From IMG/VR virus record IMGVR_UViG_3300007513_001104: a DNA stretch of 64,000 nucleotides; one strand, given 5' to 3'. The translations under genes and the position numbers were made by a program. This DNA is from a virus. Under the pieces are notes generated by a model that was not told the origin of the DNA, searched no databases, and saw only the letters and a list, made by a program, of their open reading frames with translations. Positions 9,293 through 18,796 of this stretch are shown here, piece after piece. Position 1 is the first letter of the stretch. The number at the start of each line of letters is the position of its first letter.

Positions 9293-9337
9293 TTTATCAG
9301 AAACTTTTTTTGCTCCAAAATATCTTCGATTTTTTTC
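9292..9337. repeat. A/T-tract element copy 1 (upstream of gp44)
   Basis: TTTTATCA[G]AAACTTTTTTTGCTCCAAAA-N8-ATTTTTTTC, near-identical to 32914-32958. Confidence 0.7.
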
Positions 9338-9351
9338 CGTCGAAAAAAGGT

Positions 9352-9972
9352 CTAGCCAAATTTCTCCTTTACAGAAGTCGAATCTGAAAAGTTCAACTCT
9401 ATATTAGTACCGACACTATCATACTCGTCAGACATTACTGCTACTTCTGTAGCTGCCTCTTGTACATGTTGCATTACATTTTCAGGTGTACTTATGTCGT
9501 AAGGATCGTCTTCAGCATTGTCTTGGAAACCTTCTTCAACAAATGACTTAACTATTGTTCCGTCAGTTACTATTGCTGCATATCTCCAGGACCTCATTCC
9601 AAATCCTAAATTATCTTTTCGGACATCCATGCCCATCTTAATTGTAAACTCACCACTACCATCAGGTATCAGTTTAACATTTACAATTTCCTGTTTCTCT
9701 TTCCACTCTTCCATAACGAATGTATCATTAACACTAACACAATAGATATCATCTATGCCTAGTTCTCTAAACTCAGAATATAGCTCTTCAAATCCAGGAA
9801 GTTGTTGTCCTGAACATGTAGGAGTAAATGCTCCTGGCAAACCAAAAACTATTACTGTCTTATCTTTAAACAGATCATCTGTTGTTAATGTAGTCCATTT
9901 AAAACCCTCTGTTGCGTGGGTTATTCTTCTATGGAATGTTGCTTGTGGAATTTCTTCTGGCAATCTACTCAT
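9352..9972 (-). CDS. peroxiredoxin (Prx5/redoxin type)
   Basis: LPGAFTPTCS peroxidatic motif, CVSVND, DGSGEF, RSWRYA. Confidence 0.93.
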   Translation of the reverse strand: MSRLPEEIPQATFHRRITHATEGFKWTTLTTDDLFKDKTVIVFGLPGAFTPTCSGQQLPGFEELYSEFRELGIDDIYCVSVNDTFVMEEWKEKQEIVNVKLIPDGSGEFTIKMGMDVRKDNLGFGMRSWRYAAIVTDGTIVKSFVEEGFQDNAEDDPYDISTPENVMQHVQEAATEVAVMSDEYDSVGTNIELNFSDSTSVKEKFG

Positions 9973-10151
9973 TTATCCATCTCCGATTGATTAAATATAT
10001 CTAAATCACCCTTCATTACTTTCCTAACAAGTGATATTGCTGGATTTGGACGAGTAAATATATACTCTATGGTTTCCCCAAATTTGTTGAACTCAACAAT
10101 CCAACCATTTGTGGCCTCTCTTAGAGTTACCTCTAAATTTTCTTCGTTCAT
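9969..10151 (-). CDS. hypothetical protein
   Basis: Fills the gp45-prx gap, SD GGAG, overlapping stop/start. Confidence 0.6.
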   Translation of the reverse strand: MNEENLEVTLREATNGWIVEFNKFGETIEYIFTRPNPAISLVRKVMKGDLDIFNQSEMDK

Positions 10152-10159
10152 AAAAACTC

Positions 10160-10816
10160 CTATATATTTGAAGAACGTTCTAAAGCTAGCCAGTATTTCA
10201 AATCACCTTTACTGCTTTCTAAGAACATAAATTTCTTCTGTGAAAGTGTGACGCTATAACTTCCAGGTATAACCTTAAAGTTTTCTATTGCTAGTCTAGC
10301 ATCAAACGTTTTGTCAGTTGTTCCTATTGTTTGCCTAAAGCTATTAGATTTAGGTGTACTAGGATCACTAACTGTTACTACAACATCACTACCGTTGCCA
10401 ATTATACTTAACATAGGAGCTGCTGTTATAGCTGCTGCTTTTAAGATCATATCAACATCATCTTTAGTGAAGTCAAACTGGAAGAAGTTATCTACTTCAA
10501 TACTTTTATCAGGTGCACTAACTATAATGTTAGGGTCTGCATAGTAGTATTCAAAAACAGATGTGCCTTTGCTAACTTTTAAACTTTCGTCTTGAAAGTC
10601 AACATCAGTATCTTCCATTAGTGTTAATAGTGAAAGCAAACTATTTAAATCATAGATTGCAAATTCTTTTGGAAAACTCTCGCTAATCTCAGCTTTAGCA
10701 AAAATGTTTTTGCCTGTGCTAATTGTGGCTAAAGAGTTTCCTTGACGAACAAGAATGTTCGTATTAATTGTCGCAAAGTTCTTGAGTACATCAAGAGTCC
10801 CTGTGCTTATTTTCAT
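10160..10816 (-). CDS. gp45: sliding clamp (gp45)
   Basis: LKNFATIN, FAIYDL, Y..ADP, YWLALE C-terminus. Confidence 0.95.
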   Translation of the reverse strand: MKISTGTLDVLKNFATINTNILVRQGNSLATISTGKNIFAKAEISESFPKEFAIYDLNSLLSLLTLMEDTDVDFQDESLKVSKGTSVFEYYYADPNIIVSAPDKSIEVDNFFQFDFTKDDVDMILKAAAITAAPMLSIIGNGSDVVVTVSDPSTPKSNSFRQTIGTTDKTFDARLAIENFKVIPGSYSVTLSQKKFMFLESSKGDLKYWLALERSSNI

Positions 10817-10853
10817 AATATATTACTCCAAAGATTTATTCTTATATACTGCT

Positions 10854-10883
10854 TATTATAGACTCTATCCAAGTGAGAGTCAA
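10854..10883 (-). promoter_or_regulatory. sigma70-type early promoter upstream of gp45
   Basis: TTGACT-N17-TATAAT with a GACTCT-N9-AGAGTC dyad. Confidence 0.8.
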
Positions 10884-11842
10884 TAGTTAAGAGTACCAAA
10901 ACCATCTAATTCAAACTCAATTTTATATGCTAAGTCTTGATGGCATTTAACTCCTGGATGCAACAAATCTCTTCCTACATCATCTAAGCCCAACCCAGGT
11001 GGTGGCTCTTTTTCTTGCATAGGTTTTAATATTGTTTCACTCATTACTTGTAGAGCCTCTTCAGGATCTGCTGGTAATGTAACACCAACTCCAGGTATGT
11101 GTTGGTGTATTAAAGTTAGGTCGTCTGCATAATTATATGTAGATTCTTTTGACATGTCTGCTGGGTCGTCAGACGTTCCGTTAATCCATAGTATAGGTAT
11201 GTTCCAATTCTCTCCTAGTCTAATTATGGTTTTCATCATTATCATATGTTGCCATTTTGCTACGCCCAAAGATTGATATAAAAAGAGTAGTTCTTTCTCT
11301 TTACTGTCTGGTTTGAGTGCCGCTGGTATATAATCTATATTCTTTACACTAACCGGAACATCTGGAATGCCTACAGAAATGCCTGTAGAATTTTGTGAAC
11401 CAATTAATACCATATGTTTAGGCGGTGTTTTCCAATACTTACTTAGTTGTAAAAGGTTAAAGGGTAAGTTCTCTAGTCTACCACCATAAGTAGATGCATT
11501 ATAGAAAGGAATGCCCATTCTTTCTTCTAAAATTTTGTGATATAAATCTCTGTTATGTAGTCCAGGACCTACACCAATGCATTCTGTAGAACATAAGACC
11601 CAATCACCGTCCAAATCTGCCACTTCATGATCGGATCTGAAACCCAGAGAGTCAAATTTATAAGTAATGGGATCACTCTCGTTGTCATAATATTTCCACG
11701 TAGGTCCATACTTTTCTCTCGCTTTATTAAACCAGTCCCATGATTCATGTAACAACCACTTATATTCTTCTTTGGGATCTGCTTGGTAAGATATTAAACC
11801 GTGTTTTCCTAGGGTTATTTTTTGTAGTGGAACATTATTCAT
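10880..11842 (-). CDS. hypothetical protein, SGNH-hydrolase-like phage family
   Basis: YKFDSLGFR N-terminal block and RDLLHPG C-terminal block. Confidence 0.5.
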   Translation of the reverse strand: MNNVPLQKITLGKHGLISYQADPKEEYKWLLHESWDWFNKAREKYGPTWKYYDNESDPITYKFDSLGFRSDHEVADLDGDWVLCSTECIGVGPGLHNRDLYHKILEERMGIPFYNASTYGGRLENLPFNLLQLSKYWKTPPKHMVLIGSQNSTGISVGIPDVPVSVKNIDYIPAALKPDSKEKELLFLYQSLGVAKWQHMIMMKTIIRLGENWNIPILWINGTSDDPADMSKESTYNYADDLTLIHQHIPGVGVTLPADPEEALQVMSETILKPMQEKEPPPGLGLDDVGRDLLHPGVKCHQDLAYKIEFELDGFGTLNY

Positions 11843-12599
11843 TCTTGAATTCAGGGGGCCTCTTTTCTATAAATGAGGCTATGCCTTCTTCTATATCTTT
11901 TGACTCTAGACACATGTCCTTAGCCCAAAGAGCAAAGTCAATGGCTTCATCCATATTAGAGTTTACTGTATGCCATACTGCTCCCTTAGTCCCCCTCACA
12001 GCTATTGGTCCACACTCTGTGGCTATACGATGTGCAAAGGCTAAAGCTCTCTCATCAACGTCTCCATGGCATACCATATTACATAGTCCTACTCTCTCCA
12101 ACCACCAAACATCATGCTCGTCACCTGGCATCATAAAAGAAATAGCTCTATTAGAACCTATTCTTTGTGTCAATTTAACTTGCATAGTAACAGCATTGAA
12201 ACCTAATTTAGTTTCAGGACACATGAATCTGCTAGTCTCATCTGCGAAAACAAAATCACTAGCTAACATCAATCCAAAACCCTCTCCTATACACCAGCCT
12301 TTAATTGCTGATATAATTGGTTTAGGTGTTACCATATCGTTATCTGATAATAGAAAACCCCAACCCTCTTTTAGTCCTTGATGTATTGTCTTAACATCAA
12401 AACCTGCTGTAAAATGGTTGGGATTGCCGGATCGTATGACAAGAACCCTAGCTTCATCGTCATCTCTGAACTGAACTAGGGCGTCATTGTATCCTGCGTA
12501 AAAGGGTTTGTCTAAGATATTTAAAGGACCGACACCGTTTATTGTTAAAACGGCGACGTGGTCGTTTAAATCGTAAGTGATTCTCTCACCAAATTCCAT
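11835..12599 (-). CDS. enoyl-CoA hydratase/isomerase (crotonase) family protein
   Basis: FTAGFD oxyanion motif, KPIISAIKGWCIG, PETKLG, EGIASFIEKRPPEF. Confidence 0.92.
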   Translation of the reverse strand: MEFGERITYDLNDHVAVLTINGVGPLNILDKPFYAGYNDALVQFRDDDEARVLVIRSGNPNHFTAGFDVKTIHQGLKEGWGFLLSDNDMVTPKPIISAIKGWCIGEGFGLMLASDFVFADETSRFMCPETKLGFNAVTMQVKLTQRIGSNRAISFMMPGDEHDVWWLERVGLCNMVCHGDVDERALAFAHRIATECGPIAVRGTKGAVWHTVNSNMDEAIDFALWAKDMCLESKDIEEGIASFIEKRPPEFKNE

Positions 12600-12616
12600 A
12601 ATATAAACTCCAAAAA

Positions 12617-12949
12617 TTAGAAGCTAGCGAATGTATTGCCTTCACTATCGTTTATCAATACTGTGATTCCTGCTGCTTCGCATGCTGACTTAACTGCTGC
12701 ACGCGAGGCCGCTTCATCAGGAAGTGTTTCTAAATCTGCGTTTAGCTCATCAAAAGTTGCTTTGTCTGTTGCTTCAGCCTCTATTGTAAGCACTAACTCA
12801 GCTTCATCCCAAGTGTAAGTCTTAGTCACGCCTGCTTCTGCATATTTAGTTCTCCAAACCGTATCGTGATCTGGATGTGAGTCAGCAATCTTAGGTAGTT
12901 CCACGCCTGTATTAGGCCTTGTCATTGTTACTGTTCTTGTGTACGCCAT
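12617..12949 (-). CDS. hypothetical protein (late gene)
   Basis: SD GGAG; TATAAATA about 30 bp upstream. Confidence 0.7.
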   Translation of the reverse strand: MAYTRTVTMTRPNTGVELPKIADSHPDHDTVWRTKYAEAGVTKTYTWDEAELVLTIEAEATDKATFDELNADLETLPDEAASRAAVKSACEAAGITVLINDSEGNTFASF

Positions 12950-12979
12950 TTATGTCTCCAAAATTGTAAAATATACTCT

Positions 12980-12987
12980 TATTTATA
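12980..12987 (-). promoter_or_regulatory. late promoter (TATAAATA)
   Basis: Exact consensus in intergenic DNA. Confidence 0.75.
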
Positions 12988-13013
12988 AAGAAACGGCCTG
13001 CTAAGCAGGCCTG
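12988..13013 (-). terminator. putative intrinsic terminator
   Basis: GGCCTGC-TAA-GCAGGCC hairpin followed on the minus strand by GTTTCTTT. Confidence 0.6.
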
Positions 13014-13028
13014 ATTGGTTGAATAAAT

Positions 13029-13415
13029 TTAATAACCTTGATCTTGTGGATAATCTTCTGCAAATATATCGCTAGCTACATGCTTTTCATCATGTACATA
13101 TAAAGCAATAAGAGCATAATGTAAGACCTTTAGTAAGTCTTTCCTTGCATCTACAATTGATCCTTTCTTTCCATATCTTTGTGCATACTTTAAGATATTT
13201 CCTATACAAAATCCTAATCCATGTCCTCCATCAACGATAAATTCAGTTGCCTGAAACTTATCTGAGGAGTAATGTCCGTTGCCATATGTTGCATCGATAT
13301 AACGACGGAGCTCGTCTATGAGCTCCCCTTCGTTAAACTTATAATTAGGACTATTCGTCGTCTTCGATTTCAAAGTCTTCATGTATCTCCTGTTCTTTAG
13401 TTGTATCCTCAGCAA
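13029..13415 (-). CDS. DUF3310/T7 gp1.7-like protein (putative nucleotide kinase)
   Basis: HY...GFCIGNILKYAQRYGKK...DLLK..HY motif; true start probably the internal MKTLK. Confidence 0.65.
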   Translation of the reverse strand: MLRIQLKNRRYMKTLKSKTTNSPNYKFNEGELIDELRRYIDATYGNGHYSSDKFQATEFIVDGGHGLGFCIGNILKYAQRYGKKGSIVDARKDLLKVLHYALIALYVHDEKHVASDIFAEDYPQDQGY

Positions 13416-14544
13416 GTTCTACTGTTGGATCAACCTTAGTGTACAAATCGATGAATGCTTCTTTAGTATCATCATCAAATCTATTAACACAAAGTTGAAC
13501 TGCTTTCTTTTTGTCTCCAAAAACTGCAAAAGCGTTAACGATGTGTTCCAATCTACGAGTTGAAATTAGCTCATCAATAGCTCCTTCGTAGTAAGTTTTT
13601 CTTATTACGTCGGACCAAGTAACTAAGTGAGTTGCAAAACCTTCGTCTACATTATTCACTCTTTCCATTTTCTTGAGAACTATTTTCTTCTCCGTAGCCA
13701 TTGTAGGGTACTCCTGCTCCACGGTAATTGCAAACCTTTCTAGGAATGCTTCGTCGAGTATGTTGGCACTTATGAACTTGCCATCATCTGATCCTCGACC
13801 TTTAGTATTGGCTGTTGCCACTATATTAAAGCCTGGAGCAGGAGTTACGGTTTCGCCTGTCTTCTTGTTGAAATAAGGCTTCCCCTCAAGGATGGCTTGT
13901 AAGCACATCAACTTGTTTGAACCCCTATCGATTTCATCAAGGATAAGAACGGCGCCACGCTTCATAGCGGTGAGGACTGGGCCTTCTCTGTACACGACGT
14001 TACCGTCAACTAGAGTATTGCCACCAATTAAATCATCCTCATCAGTTTCAATACTTATGTTTACTCGTATGGCTTCTCTTTTAAGAGCTGCACATACTTG
14101 TTCTGCCATTGTGGTTTTACCATTACCTGATAACCCACTAATGAATATTGGATAAAACAAGTTGCCTTGTAATACCTTTTTCAAATCTCTGTAAAAACCA
14201 AACGGTACGAATGTTTTATCTTTTCCAGGAATCAGGTCTTCAACTTCAACTTTAAGTTTAGCTTGGACAAGCTCTGCTGGGAGCTGTGTTTCAACTACTT
14301 CAAGTGGAACTCTAGGAGCTGCTACTGGAGCTGTTTGAACATTCAAACCTGAGCCTTGAAACATGGGTGCTAAATTATAAACACCTCTGTCTACTTTAAA
14401 GGTTGGTTTGTTAATGAGCCAGGCTGGAAATCCTAAACCGATTTCAGTGGCTGTCTCTATGATTTGTTTACGGGTAAAAACACTTGTGCCATTGTCTTTG
14501 GCTTCTAGTGCCTCCTGTAATCTTTCTCTATCAACTTGTTTCAT
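13351..14544 (-). CDS. MoxR-type AAA+ ATPase (phage CobS-like)
   Basis: GLSGNGKT, LDEID, ATANTKG.GS.DG.F, DEAFLERF, ISTRRL. Confidence 0.9.
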   Translation of the reverse strand: MKQVDRERLQEALEAKDNGTSVFTRKQIIETATEIGLGFPAWLINKPTFKVDRGVYNLAPMFQGSGLNVQTAPVAAPRVPLEVVETQLPAELVQAKLKVEVEDLIPGKDKTFVPFGFYRDLKKVLQGNLFYPIFISGLSGNGKTTMAEQVCAALKREAIRVNISIETDEDDLIGGNTLVDGNVVYREGPVLTAMKRGAVLILDEIDRGSNKLMCLQAILEGKPYFNKKTGETVTPAPGFNIVATANTKGRGSDDGKFISANILDEAFLERFAITVEQEYPTMATEKKIVLKKMERVNNVDEGFATHLVTWSDVIRKTYYEGAIDELISTRRLEHIVNAFAVFGDKKKAVQLCVNRFDDDTKEAFIDLYTKVDPTVELAEDTTKEQEIHEDFEIEDDE

Positions 14545-14580
14545 ATTAAAATCCTCACAATTTTTTATTTAATATACCGT

Positions 14581-14610
14581 TATTATGCACTCTCGTGAAC
14601 CAAGAGTCAA
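14581..14610 (-). promoter_or_regulatory. early promoter, identical copy 1
   Basis: TTGACTCTTGGTTCACGAGAGTGCATAATA (TTGACT-N17-CATAAT), identical at 17151 and 61375. Confidence 0.85.
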
Positions 14611-14627
14611 CCTTTTTTTCAAAAGAT

Positions 14628-17114
14628 TCATGCTACTAACTCTATGATTTTGTTAAGGAATAACCTTTGATTTGTTTTTCCTTTGTTAAAATTTCTAAAT
14701 CCTCTCATCAAATCGCCTTTTTTATTGGATTTTACTTCCAATTCTTTGGTCTCAATCTTAAGATCATCTCTGCCTTTGATTAGGAATCTTTGATCAAATC
14801 CATATTTGTCTTCAACTATCATAAACTTGTTCTTCAAACAGTCCTTCCATTCATTTGAACACCATTCAAAAGAAGGGCTCCAATAGTGGTCTACGTCCAT
14901 GCCATCCATCCAAACATTCTTATTCCACTCTTTCCAAAAGTGGTTTCTTTTGCCTTCAATAATGTGGAAGTTAATCATTCTAGAACCTGTGGTTTGTTGG
15001 TACCACTCTAGTAATGTTGGAGTAGCAAATTCATTTCTTGAGTACCTCTCTGCCTTGGCTTCAATAACCACTGTTGCACTACCGTCTTTAATTGCTACCT
15101 TCTCATCGTAAATACTTTTACTTCTAGCTGAGACCTCTTTGTCGTCCCAACCTTTCCTGGTTATGTAACATAAGTTATCTGTTGCACCACCATCTGTTAA
15201 AAATATTGTGCTTAATATTTCAACATTATATCTTTTTCTAAATATTTTTGCCACTTCTTTACCAACAATAATTGCTGAGTTAAGAGGTGTGCTACCTAAA
15301 GCAAAGTGAGGATTCTTAATGTAACCCCAACACTCTCCATTGTCACCATAGTCATTGTAATATCTTCTGTGATCAAAGCCACACTTCATAACACTCAAAT
15401 ACTTCATTGCATTTATGTATTCGTTCTTTGAACACATGGAAGACAACATATGAACCAAGCAAAAACTGCTGTTATCAACTATCATTTGACCGTCTTCCAG
15501 AGTTTCAATTGCTTCTTTTTGTTTTGTCCACCAGTGGTTTTTTCTATCTTCTTCAGTTAATCCTTTGTTACCTGCTGAGCTAAAACCATATACATCAAAT
15601 GGAATGTTTACTTTCCTACAAAATGCTGCCACGTTCATCATTTGATCTATTGTTCCTGACATGTTTCTATACATACTTCCTGATAAGTCTACGAACATTA
15701 GGATACCGTGGTTTTTACCATCAGGTACTATTAAAGCCCTTTGGAATAAATCTTCTGTCAATTTGTAAGCCCAAAGCTTATCCTCATTTAACTTACCAAT
15801 TTTGGCTATTGAGGACTTCTTATAAGCAGTTGCTGCTTTTCTAAGTTCAAATTGTTGTGCCATGCTATTAATAATTGGAGTCTGTGTTCTGTTCCACTTC
15901 TCATATATCTTAGTAGCTACGTCATATACTTCATGACCTGGAATGTTTCTTTCTGTCCAGTGGCCGTCCTTATCTCTAGACGCTTGTTGTAATTCAATGG
16001 AAAGATCCCAATTATAAAGTTCATTCATTGGGACTATATAATCTTTTGGATCTAACTTAGGAGCTTTAACATAAATTAAATCTGCTGCGTCTTGATCTAC
16101 TAATGTTTTTTCATTATCTCTAAAAGCATTATCTGAAAATGATTCATTGTTGTCTAAAGCTTTTTGTAAATCATCTAATTTTTCTTTAAGCTCTTGGTCT
16201 TTTTTGGCCTGTTCAGCTGCTGCTTTTTTGGCATCTTCTTCAGCCTGTCTTTCTTCAGGAGTTAGCTTCAACCATCTTTGATATTCTTCTTCTTCCTTTT
16301 TAGCTCTTTCTTCTCGCTCTGCTTCTTCTCTGGCTTCTGCCTCTGCTTCAGTTTCTTCTCTGTCATATTCATCAGGGTCTATTGGGTTACCAAAACTGTC
16401 TGATTCTACTTCATTAATATCAGGCTTTGCCTCGTCATCCCCAGCTTGTGCTTCTCCGTTATCCACATCCTCACTGGCTGAATCTGAGGCATCACCCTTA
16501 AATCTTTGTGGCATCATCTTTTCGATCATGCTTTCTAATTCGTCTTTCTTTTCATCTACATCTTTAGCATTAGCTGCAAACAATTCATTGGCTAAACGTT
16601 CAACGTCTTCCCAAGTCTCTGCTTTGGCAATCCTATCTACTAAATCTTTTTCTTCTGTAGTAAACTTGACACCCATCATATGACCTACTTTATAATGTAA
16701 GTTCACTCTATCAATTAATGGGAGTTTGTTGATGTCTAAATCTTTTATTCCAAAAAAGTCTCCATCAACTAATTCTTTATAACCTTTGAAAAAGCTACTA
16801 ACTAATCCAGGATATCTTTCTTTAACCTTACGTTCAATCCTTACGTCTTCTACTACGTTAAGAAAGTTTTTCTTAGCCCTGTCATCACATACTGCGTCAT
16901 GCCATCCTTCAGCTGGTGTTTCATGTGCGTGTCCTACTTCATGGCCTATGAATAAGTCATAAAGTGAGGGTGACATTTTCTTCCAGAGTGGAAGGTATAA
17001 AGTTCTAGCCTTTACATCAAATGCTGCTGTTGGAGCTTTAGGATCATGTACTATTGAAATGTCTTCTGTTGCTAAACATTTTGCTAGTATTGATTTGGAT
17101 TCTATTCTGTTCAA
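14628..17114 (-). CDS. CobT-like protein: N-terminal HExxH metallopeptidase-like domain plus VWA domain
   Basis: GHEVGH, NVVED.RIE, MIDAS DLSGSM, STPL, LTDG; partner of the adjacent AAA+ ATPase. Confidence 0.85.
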   Translation of the reverse strand: MNRIESKSILAKCLATEDISIVHDPKAPTAAFDVKARTLYLPLWKKMSPSLYDLFIGHEVGHAHETPAEGWHDAVCDDRAKKNFLNVVEDVRIERKVKERYPGLVSSFFKGYKELVDGDFFGIKDLDINKLPLIDRVNLHYKVGHMMGVKFTTEEKDLVDRIAKAETWEDVERLANELFAANAKDVDEKKDELESMIEKMMPQRFKGDASDSASEDVDNGEAQAGDDEAKPDINEVESDSFGNPIDPDEYDREETEAEAEAREEAEREERAKKEEEEYQRWLKLTPEERQAEEDAKKAAAEQAKKDQELKEKLDDLQKALDNNESFSDNAFRDNEKTLVDQDAADLIYVKAPKLDPKDYIVPMNELYNWDLSIELQQASRDKDGHWTERNIPGHEVYDVATKIYEKWNRTQTPIINSMAQQFELRKAATAYKKSSIAKIGKLNEDKLWAYKLTEDLFQRALIVPDGKNHGILMFVDLSGSMYRNMSGTIDQMMNVAAFCRKVNIPFDVYGFSSAGNKGLTEEDRKNHWWTKQKEAIETLEDGQMIVDNSSFCLVHMLSSMCSKNEYINAMKYLSVMKCGFDHRRYYNDYGDNGECWGYIKNPHFALGSTPLNSAIIVGKEVAKIFRKRYNVEILSTIFLTDGGATDNLCYITRKGWDDKEVSARSKSIYDEKVAIKDGSATVVIEAKAERYSRNEFATPTLLEWYQQTTGSRMINFHIIEGKRNHFWKEWNKNVWMDGMDVDHYWSPSFEWCSNEWKDCLKNKFMIVEDKYGFDQRFLIKGRDDLKIETKELEVKSNKKGDLMRGFRNFNKGKTNQRLFLNKIIELVA

Positions 17115-17150
17115 TTAACTTTTCTCACTAAGTTATTTAATTTATATATG

Positions 17151-17180
17151 TATTATGCACTCTCGTGAACCAAGAGTCAA
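17151..17180 (-). promoter_or_regulatory. early promoter, identical copy 2
   Basis: Same 30-mer as 14581-14610. Confidence 0.85.
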
Positions 17181-17216
17181 GCACTTTTCCGGTAGATTTA
17201 GCAATCTTTTTGCTAA

Positions 17217-17229
17217 AATCAAGGACTTA
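17217..17229 (+). promoter_or_regulatory. putative IHF-binding site
   Basis: AATCAAGGACTTA matches WATCAANNNNTTR, with an upstream A/T tract. Confidence 0.55.
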
Positions 17230-18792
17230 GATGCTTAAGTCAAAAGAAATGAGGAATTCTCGTCCGCCAGCAGCATATTCTGGCAGAATTTCGAATTTTT
17301 TATTGAAAATGTCCCTGATCTGTAACCCTATCCTGTACCTGGGTCCTAGGTAGTAACCTAGAGTTAGGTCTAAGGTTGATACATCATCTATAGGCCGGTT
17401 GGCATAATCCAAACCCTTTTCAAACTCACCTATATAGACTATTCCATAGTCAATTTTGCCAAACGTATTTGAATAACTTAGTTTGGTCTTATACTTGGGT
17501 GATTGAAGTTTATCTGTATCTGTATATTGAACTAATATACTATAATTTTCATATGATTTATTGAACTTAAACCCTGAGGATTCATAACTGCCTGTATTGA
17601 TATATTGATAGTCAGCAAAATTAAAATCTATTCCGTCGCTAAACTCGTAATGCCAAATTGTAATGCCCTTCCATCCTACTTCTAAACCTACACCCTTTTC
17701 AGGATTTAAAAGTGAATTAGGTTTAACCATTTGGTCTCCAAACCTTTCATATAAATTAGGAAGTCTATAACTATTCCCTAATGAAAATCTAAAATCTTTT
17801 ACTTCAACACCTGTTCTTATTGTTTGAGCGTCATCTTCGTAACGATATCCTATCCCAAATTTATATGGAACGACAGATGTTCTTACTTTAGCTTCTTGTT
17901 CTTTAAACCAGTTAAAATAGACTCCTGTTCTCCAAGCCTGATATCTTGTAGGGACTGGAGATCTAAAATAGTAATCATAATCTTCTTGTTGTGCTGTTAC
18001 GCCTGTTAAGAAATTTTTATATTTGTACTTTGCGTCTGCAAATATACGAGAACTTTTAACACCCCAACCTGTATTATGTTTTGCACTATTTAAATTGTAT
18101 CCTAGGGTGAACCAATCATTCCTAATAGATATATCTGTTTTATAACCTGATTGATTACAATCATTATATTCTATCGTAGAAGGTAAGCAATCATCATAAT
18201 CGTAACTGTAATCTTGAGACACCATAACAACATCAAACCCTGCAAAATTCGATTTTGTTTTAAGTGTTGTATTATCATACCAATCTTCTTCACTATTTGT
18301 TGTCTTAACAGAGCCTATTGAACCTTTGAATCTAGATATTTGGAACCACTCATTACCCCCTGAGATCATTTGTTGTGCATCTCCTCCTTTATAAAATACA
18401 TGTTTATCAAATGTATCTTCTATAAGGATTGTTCCTGCCATTGAAGAGCTACCAAACAATGCACTATTAGGTCCTGAAATTTTTTGATACTCTTGAAACG
18501 TAGGTAAATCTATTCCAAAATCATACCACCCTGACGAAGGATCATTAACAGGTATGCCGTTTCTATATACTGTTGTGTGTTTTGTGTCTGTCCCGTGTAG
18601 TCCTGCTCCAATAAATCCACCAGGGCCTCCTGGAGCATATACTTTTGTTCCTTCTACTGCTTCTATTGCTGAATTATCGTGTGCTGGATCTGAATATCCT
18701 GTAGTAATCTTTGATCCTACTACTAACGTTTCTTCTACTTCTCCAAATGCTACTGTAGGTAGTAGCATTAACATTATAACGAACTTTCTCAT
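17227..18792 (-). CDS. TonB-dependent outer-membrane receptor (BtuB-like)
   Basis: Signal peptide, plug motifs VYRNGIPVND and GPNSALFGSSSMAGTILI, LPNLYERFG, NSLLNPEKG, C-terminal GREFLISFDLSI beta-strand. Confidence 0.85.
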   Translation of the reverse strand: MRKFVIMLMLLPTVAFGEVEETLVVGSKITTGYSDPAHDNSAIEAVEGTKVYAPGGPGGFIGAGLHGTDTKHTTVYRNGIPVNDPSSGWYDFGIDLPTFQEYQKISGPNSALFGSSSMAGTILIEDTFDKHVFYKGGDAQQMISGGNEWFQISRFKGSIGSVKTTNSEEDWYDNTTLKTKSNFAGFDVVMVSQDYSYDYDDCLPSTIEYNDCNQSGYKTDISIRNDWFTLGYNLNSAKHNTGWGVKSSRIFADAKYKYKNFLTGVTAQQEDYDYYFRSPVPTRYQAWRTGVYFNWFKEQEAKVRTSVVPYKFGIGYRYEDDAQTIRTGVEVKDFRFSLGNSYRLPNLYERFGDQMVKPNSLLNPEKGVGLEVGWKGITIWHYEFSDGIDFNFADYQYINTGSYESSGFKFNKSYENYSILVQYTDTDKLQSPKYKTKLSYSNTFGKIDYGIVYIGEFEKGLDYANRPIDDVSTLDLTLGYYLGPRYRIGLQIRDIFNKKFEILPEYAAGGREFLISFDLSI

Positions 18793-18796
18793 TTTA

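Noticed and set aside
14581-14610. CRISPR repeat or attachment site for the thrice-repeated 30-mer
   Set aside because: Copies are kilobases apart without spacers and match a -35/-10 promoter upstream of genes
13351-18792. Cobalamin biosynthesis island (cobS, cobT, btuB)
   Set aside because: Phage CobS/CobT-like pairs are widespread MoxR/VWA chaperone-type modules; there is no cobN or other cob gene, and the receptor belongs to a different transcription unit
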